From NCBI GenBank assembly GCA_018823045.1, contig JAHJIX010000022.1:1508-65507 (forward strand): a stretch of 64,000 nucleotides of DNA, given 5' to 3'. Positions 9,574-18,236 of the stretch are shown here, in pieces. Origin of the DNA: Patescibacteria group bacterium. GTDB lineage: Bacteria > Patescibacteriota > Patescibacteriia > Magasanikbacterales > UBA922. A program made the position numbers and the translations under genes. Position 1 is the stretch's first letter, and every line of letters starts with the position of its first letter. The notes beneath the pieces are model-generated. The model made no database searches. It had not been told where the DNA came from and worked only from the letters and a program-made list of their open reading frames with translations.

Positions 9574-11385
9574 TTAAATTGCTCTACTCGGTGGAATTCC
9601 ATAATACTGCAAAATAAATTGAGCAATATCACCAAATACGGCCGAACTTGTTCCTGAAGAATACTTCCCATTTTTAGGCTTTCCGAGTTTTACCATCATA
9701 ACAAATCTTGGATTATCAGCAGGAATAATCCCAACAAAAGAATGGTTTGTTTCTTCAATATATATTCCTCTTTCAGCAATTTGTGCTGTTCCTGTTTTTC
9801 CTGCAATATAATAACCCGGTACTGCTGCTAATGCAGCATGCCCTTTATCTACCACATTAACCATCATTGCGCTGACCATATCTGCAGTATGTTTCGATAT
9901 AACTCGTCTCACTTCCTTTGGCTCAACAGATTCTACCACTCCATCACTATATCGAATTTCTTCTATAATTTGTGGTTTCATCAATGTTCCTCCATTTGCA
10001 ATAGCACTAAATGCTGTAACCACTTGTAGTGGTGTAACGGTAATTCCCTGCCCAAATGCAGCAGTAGACGCATAACAGTCCATATTATCACTTTCTTGCT
10101 TATATAATGTATCAATTGTTCCACTTGACTCTGTATCAAGCTCAATACCCTCTTTTACCCCAAAACCAAAATCTTCAATATATTGTCGAAAAGTATTTTT
10201 TCCAATTTGTTCTGCCACCCAGACCATTCCTGTATTAACAGAATTTTCAAGCAACCCACTCATACTTTGATCTTTATATATTTTGTTTTCTGCATTTCTA
10301 ATCGGATGCAAACACCCAACTTCTCTCTCTCCACTATCATAAAATACTGATTGCGGTGTTATAACTTTTTCATTTAAAGAAGCCGCCATCGTAATTGGTT
10401 TAAAAATTGAACCAGGTTCATATGCAGTAAAAATACTTTTATTATTATAGACTCCTCCCTCAGTAACTTGTCCATAATTATTTGGATCGAAATCAGGAAA
10501 ACTACACATTGCACGAATTGCTCCTGTATACGGATCCATAATAACTACAGATCCATCTTCTGCTTCATATAAATCTACTGCTTTTTTTAATATACCACAA
10601 GCAGAAAACTCTAAAGTACGGTCAATGGTTAATAACAAATCAACTCCATCTTTTGATTCTTCAAGTTTCTTTCCACCTAAAGGAATCCAACTCCCTTTTG
10701 CACTTTTAATTCCCTCAAAAAAACCAGATACTCCGGCTAATTCTTCTTGCCAATATCCTTCTATTCCATACCGCCCAATATCTTCTCCTGTTTCATCTTT
10801 TCCCACAAATCCTACGATATGGGCTCCTAAATTTTCTTCTGGATAATACCGAATAGATTGACGCAAAAAGTATACACCAGGATAATCTCTTTGTCGTATT
10901 TCTTCGATAATTTTTTCTTCTACCTGTTTTTTAAGTGGCTCATACGGATCATTATATTTCTGTAATTTTGCTTGTAAACTAGATTGTTCTTCTTCATTAA
11001 ATCCAAATACTTCGGATAAATACTTCGTCATATTAAGAGTTAACTCTTCTACATCTGTCTTTTTTCTAACACTATATTCTTTTATTTCTTTTGGATTTAC
11101 ATATACCAAAAATACATCCCGATTCATTGCGATCGGAAATTCTTCTTTTGTTCGAGAATCTTGAATATAGACATTCCCACGTGTAGGAAATAATTGCGCA
11201 GAAACTTCCTGAAAACCATTTGCTAATTGTTCATAAAAACTATGACTCCAAATCATTAATATACCAAAACGAACTGCCACAATACATAAAATTCCAAAGA
11301 TAATAAAAAATAACGCATTAAGACGAACATCTTTTACTGACTTTTTTTCACTCCATTTCTTATTTTTTTGAAATACACTGAGCAT
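9574..11385 (-). CDS. ftsI: Penicillin-binding protein 2 / FtsI-type peptidoglycan D,D-transpeptidase
   Basis: 603 aa. N-terminal membrane anchor (ALFFIIFGILCIVAVRFGILMIW) and a PBP dimerisation region. Transpeptidase motifs SIFK (SxxK), SVN (SxN) and KTGTA (KTG). Confidence 0.85.
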   Translation of the reverse strand: MLSVFQKNKKWSEKKSVKDVRLNALFFIIFGILCIVAVRFGILMIWSHSFYEQLANGFQEVSAQLFPTRGNVYIQDSRTKEEFPIAMNRDVFLVYVNPKEIKEYSVRKKTDVEELTLNMTKYLSEVFGFNEEEQSSLQAKLQKYNDPYEPLKKQVEEKIIEEIRQRDYPGVYFLRQSIRYYPEENLGAHIVGFVGKDETGEDIGRYGIEGYWQEELAGVSGFFEGIKSAKGSWIPLGGKKLEESKDGVDLLLTIDRTLEFSACGILKKAVDLYEAEDGSVVIMDPYTGAIRAMCSFPDFDPNNYGQVTEGGVYNNKSIFTAYEPGSIFKPITMAASLNEKVITPQSVFYDSGEREVGCLHPIRNAENKIYKDQSMSGLLENSVNTGMVWVAEQIGKNTFRQYIEDFGFGVKEGIELDTESSGTIDTLYKQESDNMDCYASTAAFGQGITVTPLQVVTAFSAIANGGTLMKPQIIEEIRYSDGVVESVEPKEVRRVISKHTADMVSAMMVNVVDKGHAALAAVPGYYIAGKTGTAQIAERGIYIEETNHSFVGIIPADNPRFVMMVKLGKPKNGKYSSGTSSAVFGDIAQFILQYYGIPPSRAI

Positions 11386-11387
11386 AA

Positions 11388-12425
11388 CTAAATTTTACGC
11401 TGACGACCACTTCTTTTTTCAGCCATATCATCAGTAATCTTATTATCTTTAAGTAATCGATCAATAGAGGTGTCCATTGGAATCATACCAATCTTTGCAT
11501 TCGTTTGAATAACACTCTTTAGCTGCACAATATTATTTTCTCGAATTAAATTTGATACAGCAGGTGTATTAATCAAAATTTCACGTGCAGCAACACGACC
11601 ACCTGAACTTGCAGGAAGTAAATGTTGTGCAACTACTCCACGCAATACTGCTGATAATTGAATAAGCACCTGTCGCTGTTTTGGCCCTTCAAATACATCA
11701 ACAATTCTTTCTACGGCTTCAGCAGCCGTTGCTGTATGCAAAGTAGAAAATACGAGATGTCCTGTTTCTGCCGCAGTAAGTACGGTTGCAATTGTTTCAG
11801 GATCACGCATTTCACCCACAAAAATAACATCGGGGTCTTGGCGAAGCACATGTTTAAGTGCTGAAGAAAATGAATGTGTATCTTCTCCAATTTCTCTTTG
11901 TTCAATTAAACTCTTATCATCTTGAAATAAAAACTCAATAGGGTCTTCAATAGTAATAATATGTGCCTTTCTCTTTTGGTTAATTTGCTCAATCATTGAC
12001 GCAATTGTTGTTGATTTTCCTTGTCCTGTCGGCCCAACAACTAATACTAATCCATCAAGAAGATCAGTAAACCCATTTAATGCAGGCTCAAATGCTAATT
12101 CTTCAGGACTTGGAATATTTTCAGGAATCAAACGAGCCGCTAAAGCGATATTTCCTTCTTGAAAATGAACATTAATACGAAAACGTGTTCCATCGCTAAT
12201 TGCATGACTCATATCAAGTTCTTTTCCTTTCTCAAGTTGTTTTTTTTGTGCAGAAGATAATATAGAAGCAATCACCGTACGTAATTCACTGTCTTTCAAT
12301 AGTTTTGTCTCGACATCTTCTAATATACCATGAATCCGGATAGAGGGCTTTTTTCCTCCAACGAGATGCACATCTGATGCTCCCTGTTTGACCGCATGAG
12401 CAAAATAAAATTGAATTGATTTCAT
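11388..12425 (-). CDS. pilT: Type IV pilus retraction ATPase PilT (twitching motility protein)
   Basis: PilT/PilU-type secretion ATPase. Walker A is GPTGQGKSTT. Asp box and Walker B are IIFVGEMRD. His box is LVFSTLHT. The start was chosen at MKSIQ, internal to the longer ORF that reaches 12461 and begins MVYYIYIIVHMRMK. There is only a 2-bp gap to ftsI. Confidence 0.85.
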   Translation of the reverse strand: MKSIQFYFAHAVKQGASDVHLVGGKKPSIRIHGILEDVETKLLKDSELRTVIASILSSAQKKQLEKGKELDMSHAISDGTRFRINVHFQEGNIALAARLIPENIPSPEELAFEPALNGFTDLLDGLVLVVGPTGQGKSTTIASMIEQINQKRKAHIITIEDPIEFLFQDDKSLIEQREIGEDTHSFSSALKHVLRQDPDVIFVGEMRDPETIATVLTAAETGHLVFSTLHTATAAEAVERIVDVFEGPKQRQVLIQLSAVLRGVVAQHLLPASSGGRVAAREILINTPAVSNLIRENNIVQLKSVIQTNAKIGMIPMDTSIDRLLKDNKITDDMAEKRSGRQRKI

Positions 12426-12521
12426 ACGCATATGTACAATAATATAGATATAGTATACCATAGAGCATATGCTTATCGCTAGCTTGATTTTTTTGCTTTT
12501 TTAATTTATACTACGTCACAT

Positions 12522-13364
12522 ATGAATATTATCAATGGAGACCTGATTTCAGAATCAATTCTTTCCACAAATAAACGACAGGTGACACAATTAAAAAAAC
12601 AAGGAATCACCCCTCGTCTTATTGTCGTACTTGTTGGTAATAATAAAGCGTCTGAGACGTATGTGTTGAAAAAACAACATGCAGGTAAAGCCATTGGTAT
12701 GGATGTTGATGTAGTACACTATCCAAAAGATATCAGCCAAAAAGAACTCATCCAAAACATTAAAAACATACAAAAAGAAACAATTGATGGACTCATGGTG
12801 CAACTTCCCCTACCAAAACATTTACACACAGGAGCTATTTTAAATACTATCCACCAAGATGTAGATGTGGATTATCTGTCATATGCAAGTCTTGGAAAAC
12901 TCCTTCGTGGAGACCAAGATATTACTCCACCTACACCAGGAGCTATTTTACATATTTTAGAAAAAGAATTAGGACTTTCTCTTGCAGGGAAACAAATTGC
13001 CCTTGTCGGTACCGGCAATTTAGTAGGCAAACCACTTGCACTTCTTCTTATGAACCGTCATGCAAGTATCATGACCTGCAACCAACAAACAAAAGACATC
13101 AAATCCATCTGTCGACAGGCTGATATTATTATTACTGCTGTCGGAAAAAAAGATCTTATCCGCAAAAACATGATTAAAAAAGGAACAGTGGTCATTGATG
13201 CGGGTGTTTGTTTTGATAAAAAACAAATGTACGGAGACATCAATTTTAAAGAAATAGCAAAACGCGCTTCAGCTGTTACCCCAACACCTGGTGGCGTTGG
13301 ACCAATTACTGTTGCTAAACTCATTGAAAATACTGTGCTAAATGCACAGAAGAGAAAAAAATAA
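12522..13364 (+). CDS. folD: Bifunctional 5,10-methylene-tetrahydrofolate dehydrogenase / methenyl-THF cyclohydrolase
   Basis: 280 aa. The conserved FolD N-terminus is ASETYVLKKQHAGKAIGMDV. LMVQLPLPKHL and the NAD(P)-binding GTGNLVGKPLALLL are present, and PGGVGP lies near the C-terminus. Confidence 0.9.
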   Translation: MNIINGDLISESILSTNKRQVTQLKKQGITPRLIVVLVGNNKASETYVLKKQHAGKAIGMDVDVVHYPKDISQKELIQNIKNIQKETIDGLMVQLPLPKHLHTGAILNTIHQDVDVDYLSYASLGKLLRGDQDITPPTPGAILHILEKELGLSLAGKQIALVGTGNLVGKPLALLLMNRHASIMTCNQQTKDIKSICRQADIIITAVGKKDLIRKNMIKKGTVVIDAGVCFDKKQMYGDINFKEIAKRASAVTPTPGGVGPITVAKLIENTVLNAQKRKK

Positions 13365-13375
13365 GCTTCCAATGA

Positions 13376-13460
13376 GAGCATATTATTTCTATTTATGCCG
13401 TGAGGACCTGTTTCCACTCATAAATAAGTCCCGCAACAAATACATAGAAATAATATGCTC
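13376..13460. repeat. MITE-like ~85-bp element, copy A (17-bp terminal inverted repeats GAGCATATTATTTCTAT ... ATAGAAATAATATGCTC)
   Basis: The element has near-perfect TIRs and an asymmetric 51-bp core (TTATGCCGTGAGGACCTGTTTCCACTCATAAATAAGTCCCGCAACAAATAC). A second copy, in inverse orientation, lies 1 kb away at 14479-14565. Confidence 0.6.
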
Positions 13461-13474
13461 GATGACACATAAAT

Positions 13475-13512
13475 AAAAAAGATCTTGCTGTATATATAGC
13501 AAGATCTTTTTT
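13475..13512. terminator. Bidirectional rho-independent terminator between folD (+) and the epimerase gene (-)
   Basis: Perfect palindrome GATCTTGCT-gtatatat-AGCAAGATC flanked by A6 and T6. Confidence 0.55.
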
Positions 13513-13526
13513 ATCATTCAAACTAT

Positions 13527-14438
13527 TTAAGCAATCCCCAATTCTCCTTTAAGCATTGCAATTCCATCTTCAATACGTACTTGTGGCTCCCAACCGAGTA
13601 ACTCTCTTGCTTTATCATTATCTGCCCCTGAAAAACGAGGATCTCCTGGTCGTGGATCAACATTAACATGTTCTCCTCCAATTATTTTTACTAAATCATT
13701 AACACTTTTTGGATTTCTATTCCCAATATTAATTGTTTCACCTTTTCCAACGGTTTCTTTTGTCATCGCTAAAATATTTGCACGAACAACATCTGTAACA
13801 TGCGTATAATCACGAAAATACTCCCCATCTCCACAAACAGTCATGGGTTCACCATTTTTCTTTTGTGTAAGGAATCGTCCAATAACTAATGCATATGCTC
13901 CCTCTGGATCAAAATATGGACCATAAATATTAAAATACACTAAACTTACTGTCTCTAACCCATATAATTCTGCAAATAATCGGCAATAATGTTCTCCTGT
14001 TAATTTATGGAGTGCATATGGACTAATTGGCATTTTTACTGATCCATCTTCTTTAAGTAATGCTTCTTCATTTGAACCATATGTTGATGATGATGAAGAA
14101 AAGACAATACGCTTCACACCATGATCCCGGGCAGCAAGCAATACTTGCAGTGTTCCATTTACATTCACATCATGAGTTAACCACGGCTCTTCGACAGAGT
14201 ATGTTACCCGTGGAAGTGCTGCCATATGAAAAATACCATCAATACCTGACATGACTTGATCTAAGTCTTCTCGTTTACGAATATCCCCTACCACATATGT
14301 TGCTCCTTCTTGAATACGTTCTTCTTTTTTTCCACCAGCAAAATTATCGAGTACAACAACTTCATGCCCTTCTACAAGCAATTGTTTGACTACATTTGTT
14401 CCAATAAATCCGGCTCCACCGGTAACAAGGTATTTCAT
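13527..14438 (-). CDS. NAD-dependent nucleotide-sugar epimerase/dehydratase (UDP-hexose / UDP-HexNAc 4-epimerase, GalE/WbpP-like)
   Basis: 303 aa. Rossmann motif VTGGAGFIGTNV. Extended-SDR catalytic Y/K in PYALHK (YxxxK). Size and motifs fit GalE-like 4-epimerases. Confidence 0.82.
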   Translation of the reverse strand: MKYLVTGGAGFIGTNVVKQLLVEGHEVVVLDNFAGGKKEERIQEGATYVVGDIRKREDLDQVMSGIDGIFHMAALPRVTYSVEEPWLTHDVNVNGTLQVLLAARDHGVKRIVFSSSSSTYGSNEEALLKEDGSVKMPISPYALHKLTGEHYCRLFAELYGLETVSLVYFNIYGPYFDPEGAYALVIGRFLTQKKNGEPMTVCGDGEYFRDYTHVTDVVRANILAMTKETVGKGETINIGNRNPKSVNDLVKIIGGEHVNVDPRPGDPRFSGADNDKARELLGWEPQVRIEDGIAMLKGELGIA

Positions 14439-14478
14439 ATCATTATTATTTAAATAAACTAGATGTCCATACGAAGGC

Positions 14479-14565
14479 GTATTATTCCTATGTATTTGTT
14501 GCGGGACTTATTTATGAGTGGAAACAGGTCCTCACGGCATAAATAGAAATAATACACCCTCGTCT
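14479..14565. repeat. MITE-like ~85-bp element, copy B (inverse orientation relative to copy A)
   Basis: The core GTATTTGTTGCGGGACTTATTTATGAGTGGAAACAGGTCCTCACGGCATAA is the exact reverse complement of the copy A core. The TIRs are conserved with 1-2 mismatches (GTATTATTCCTAT ... ATAGAAATAATAC). Confidence 0.6.
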
Positions 14566-14581
14566 AATTTTTTATAACATA

Positions 14582-15892
14582 TTACAAAGACCAATATGAT
14601 CGCCCGCTTTTTTCTATCTCTTCTTTATTATACAGATGTTTAATGTCAACAATCAAGGCGTGTTCTTTTGTTAAATACATTAGTTCATCAATACAATATA
14701 TAGCAAAATCTCTATGTGCAACAGCCACAATTAATATATCAACAACGGGAATATCATCTCGGTCACTGACAAGTGGAATACCATACTCATGCATAAGCTC
14801 ATCTTTATCTACATAAGGATCATAGACAAATGGCTTCATGCCAAACGAACATAATTCTTTATATAACGAAACAACTTTTGAATTACGGATATCAGGCACA
14901 TTTTCTTTAAAAGTCATTCCATAAAATGCTACTTGCAGTGAAGCGATGTCTTTCCCTAATTGCAAGGCCTTTTTTAATATATCATTTGCCATAAATACAT
15001 GCATGGCATCATTAATTCCTCGACCAGATAACATTACTTCTGGCGTGTGCCCTAACTCTTGTGCTTTATATGTCAAATAATATGGGTCAACACCAATACA
15101 ATGCCCACCAACAAGACCTGGCGTGAATGGAAGAAAATTCCATTTGGTATTTGCCGCTTCAAGTACATCATAAATACTCAAATCCATTTTGTGAAAAATC
15201 ATCGCCAATTCATTCATGAGGGCAATATTAACATCTCGTTGCGTGTTTTCAATTACTTTTGCTGCTTCTGCTGCTTTAATTGATACTGCACGAAAGGTAT
15301 TAGTAATACTGCCATATACTTCTTCTAACACCACAAAGACCGCTTCATTTGACCCTGAAATGACTTTGGTGATTTTATCAATCGTATGTTTTTTATCTCC
15401 TGGATTTACCCGCTCAGGAGAATACGCAATACCAAACTCTGTATGAAGTGACAAACCAGACACTTCTTCTATAATTGGCAAACACATATCTTCTGTCACT
15501 CCTGGGTAGACCGTTGATTCATATACAACAATACTTCCTTTTTGCATATGCTCAGCGACCAAACGAGTTGCTGATTTAACAATACTTAAATTTGGAATAT
15601 TGTGACTATCAACAGGTGTAGGGACCGCAATAATAATAAACTTTGCTTGTGCAATCGTTTGAGGATCAGCACTATATGTTAGACTACTTTTTTCTAATCT
15701 TTCTTTTGTCACTTCTCCCGTTCTATCATACCCTTTTTCTAATTCTGCAATCTTTTTTGTATCAATATCAAAACCAAGCACATGAAAATGCTCTGACAAT
15801 AATACTGCTAATGGTAACCCAACATACCCAAGACCCACCACACAAATTGCTTCTTGTTTTGATTGTAATTGCTCAAAAGTAATCATACCCAT
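14582..15892 (-). CDS. Nucleotide-sugar dehydrogenase (UDP-glucose/GDP-mannose dehydrogenase family; WecC/WbpO/Cap5O-like UDP-HexNAc dehydrogenase)
   Basis: 436 aa. N-terminal NAD-binding motif VVGLGYVGLPLAVLL. The central catalytic-Cys region GGHCIGVDP is characteristic of this family. Confidence 0.85.
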   Translation of the reverse strand: MGMITFEQLQSKQEAICVVGLGYVGLPLAVLLSEHFHVLGFDIDTKKIAELEKGYDRTGEVTKERLEKSSLTYSADPQTIAQAKFIIIAVPTPVDSHNIPNLSIVKSATRLVAEHMQKGSIVVYESTVYPGVTEDMCLPIIEEVSGLSLHTEFGIAYSPERVNPGDKKHTIDKITKVISGSNEAVFVVLEEVYGSITNTFRAVSIKAAEAAKVIENTQRDVNIALMNELAMIFHKMDLSIYDVLEAANTKWNFLPFTPGLVGGHCIGVDPYYLTYKAQELGHTPEVMLSGRGINDAMHVFMANDILKKALQLGKDIASLQVAFYGMTFKENVPDIRNSKVVSLYKELCSFGMKPFVYDPYVDKDELMHEYGIPLVSDRDDIPVVDILIVAVAHRDFAIYCIDELMYLTKEHALIVDIKHLYNKEEIEKSGRSYWSL

Positions 15893-16656
15893 TATTTATT
15901 TTTTTGAATCAAACCAATGCCACCCCAGCCTTGATCTTCTTTTTGAATAAATTCCCATTGTTTACTATACTTTTGTTTTATTTCTTGCCAATATTGATCA
16001 ACATGACAGTTTCTCTCTGGAGTATGTTTTGCAACATCATGAAAACCAATTAAACCACCTGGTCGCACAAGATCTTGGTATAATTCAAAATCTTGTTTTA
16101 CTCCTTCATACGAATGATCCCCATCAATAAATAACACATCAATTTGACGGCCCTTTAATTTCTTTTCTAAACGCTCTTTTGTTTTTGTCTCATGAGAATT
16201 TGCGCGAATGAGATGAATGGTCTGCTCTTTTCGTGCAAACGCTTTATATAGACGTTTTTTCCAAAATGCATATCCACCACCAAAAGCACCACCAGGTAAA
16301 TCAATACTATAAATATCTGCAGAAGCATCTGCCACACGCGTAAACAAAAATAATGTTCCACCATTCGCTGTTCCAATCTCTACCACAACTTTTGGCTCTT
16401 GTTTTTTTACTTGAGATAATAAACGTTGAATTTCGCTTTTCACTTGCATAGGTGCTAAAAATCCATCAGTAACAGAAAAGACAAATTCAAAAGATTTTTT
16501 AAATGGACGATTCTTTTTATTCCATTTTTTTACTGCTGTACATGTTTTTTTTGTATCACGTAATTGTCGTCCAACAAAACAAACACTTTTTTTTGCGACA
16601 GAAAGAATACCCTCTTGTTTTAACGTATCTTTTGCGGCCTGAGTTAATTCGCTCAT
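15892..16656 (-). CDS. Class I SAM-dependent methyltransferase (TylF/CmcI-like sugar O-methyltransferase fold)
   Basis: 254 aa. SAM motif VVEIGTANGGTL. Acidic motif IDGDHSYEGVKQD, typical of TylF/CmcI-type O-methyltransferases. The start codon overlaps the upstream dehydrogenase gene. Confidence 0.6.
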   Translation of the reverse strand: MSELTQAAKDTLKQEGILSVAKKSVCFVGRQLRDTKKTCTAVKKWNKKNRPFKKSFEFVFSVTDGFLAPMQVKSEIQRLLSQVKKQEPKVVVEIGTANGGTLFLFTRVADASADIYSIDLPGGAFGGGYAFWKKRLYKAFARKEQTIHLIRANSHETKTKERLEKKLKGRQIDVLFIDGDHSYEGVKQDFELYQDLVRPGGLIGFHDVAKHTPERNCHVDQYWQEIKQKYSKQWEFIQKEDQGWGGIGLIQKNK

Positions 16657-16671
16657 AAGACTAATAAAACA

Positions 16672-18051
16672 TTATGAAATAAATGGACTCCCAACTGCAA
16701 TAATTTTACACCCGACATGTTGCAAATCTTTATACCGATGTTGGAGCATACGACGACCGTCCATAATAAGTGGTTTCTTATCTAACTCTGCAATAATAAT
16801 ATCTGCCAACCCACGAAATTGTGGCCAATCAGTTGCCACAATAATAACATCAGCTTCTTTAATTGCCTCAAACTCATGCGTAACATATTCTATCTGCTCT
16901 GATGCAGGAAAGTCTTTTTGAAACATAGGAACTGCCGCAGGATCATACGCAATAATTTTTTTGACACCTTCTTCTTTGAGCATGTGCACGATATCAATAC
17001 TTGGTGAGTTGCGTGTATCATTGGTATCTCGTTTAAATGCAAGCCCTAGAAGTGCCACGGTTTTGCCACTCCAATCAAAACCAGCCTCTGTTTTTGCACG
17101 CCCAACAAATAATTCTAATTGACGTTTATTTGCCAAATATGTTTCATTGACAAGGCTTGCTGTTTTTCCTTTTGTTTGTAATTGATGAGAAAGGGATCGT
17201 GCGTCTTTAATAAAACAACTGCCTCCTGCATAGAGGCTATCATAAAACCCCCAAGAACCAATACGATTGTCTGTAGTAATAATACGACGAAGTTGCTCAA
17301 ATTGAACATGATCAAAGGCTTCACAGGTGCGACCAATCACATCAAAACAGACGGCTAATTTATTAAATAAATAATAATTTGCCAGTAATTTCCCTGCTGC
17401 TGCTTCTTGTGGATTGACTTCAATATAGTCAGATGTCGGAGAATCATAAAAACGACGATACACTTGGCGCATAATCTCAAAATCTTCTTGCTTCCATGCT
17501 CCTACCACCACACGGTTTGGTTTCATAGAACCTTCTACGGCTTTTCCTTCTACTAAAAATTCTGGATTAGATACGACTCCATAATGTTTTACTCCTGCAG
17601 CATCCATAATGTCTGCTGTTCGATCCACCATATCAATTGGTACCGTACTTTTGTTCACAATAACAATGTATTTTTCTTGTGTTGCATTATTTCTTTTCAC
17701 CAGTGCCCCTGCCAAAGATTCTGCTGCTGCAATATAATAAGACAAATTGCTCTCACCGGTCTCTCCTATCTCTGGAGTTGGCAGACACATAAAAATAGCA
17801 TCCACAGTATCAAGCAGTGCTTCTACTTCGCTGTAATCAGCAGTAAAGCGAATGCGTTCTTTATTGCGAACAAGCAAATCACCGAGACCTTGCTCAAACA
17901 GACATGACTCAATCGTATCACGATCACATGAGCCTAGTTTATCAACTTTTTCTTGATCAATGTCAAATACAAGTGTTTGATGCCCAGAATCAGCCGAAAC
18001 AGCTGCTGAAGCAGTCCCTACAAATCCTCCGCCAATGTATAAAATGTTCAT
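16672..18051 (-). CDS. ugd: UDP-glucose 6-dehydrogenase family protein
   Basis: 459 aa. N-terminal GGGFVGTASA Rossmann motif. Catalytic-Cys region AGGSCFIKD (GGxCFxKD signature). A C-terminal UDP-binding domain is present. Confidence 0.85.
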   Translation of the reverse strand: MNILYIGGGFVGTASAAVSADSGHQTLVFDIDQEKVDKLGSCDRDTIESCLFEQGLGDLLVRNKERIRFTADYSEVEALLDTVDAIFMCLPTPEIGETGESNLSYYIAAAESLAGALVKRNNATQEKYIVIVNKSTVPIDMVDRTADIMDAAGVKHYGVVSNPEFLVEGKAVEGSMKPNRVVVGAWKQEDFEIMRQVYRRFYDSPTSDYIEVNPQEAAAGKLLANYYLFNKLAVCFDVIGRTCEAFDHVQFEQLRRIITTDNRIGSWGFYDSLYAGGSCFIKDARSLSHQLQTKGKTASLVNETYLANKRQLELFVGRAKTEAGFDWSGKTVALLGLAFKRDTNDTRNSPSIDIVHMLKEEGVKKIIAYDPAAVPMFQKDFPASEQIEYVTHEFEAIKEADVIIVATDWPQFRGLADIIIAELDKKPLIMDGRRMLQHRYKDLQHVGCKIIAVGSPFIS

Positions 18052-18072
18052 ATATATTCTTTTTTTATAAGT

Positions 18073-18204
18073 ACGTCATTGCGAGGTGCCCGCGCAATCG
18101 GCGGGACACCGCGGCAATCCCTTAGTTTATATAAATAATCAATCGTTTATCGTTTTAAACAAAGGGATTGCTACGCTGTCCCGATGGGCAGCTCGCAATG
18201 ACGT
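18073..18204. repeat. GC-rich compound imperfect palindrome (~130 bp) in intergenic region
   Basis: Outer 13-bp arms ACGTCATTGCGAG / CTCGCAATGACGT. Inner 10-bp arms GCAATCCCTT / AAGGGATTGC. An extra internal hairpin CCCGC-gcaatcg-GCGGG. A 37-nt AT-rich central loop. The local GC content is far above the AT-rich background. Confidence 0.5.
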
Positions 18205-18236
18205 TATTTTTTAAAAATTTTAATTCACACTACTCA

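Noticed and set aside
13376-14565. Interpretation of the inverted-repeat-flanked epimerase as a proven invertase-driven phase-variation switch
   Set aside because: No recombinase, invertase or integrase gene is present in the window, and the repeats have transposon-like terminal inverted repeats. MITE insertion is the more conservative explanation. Inversion remains only a testable possibility, recorded above in findings.
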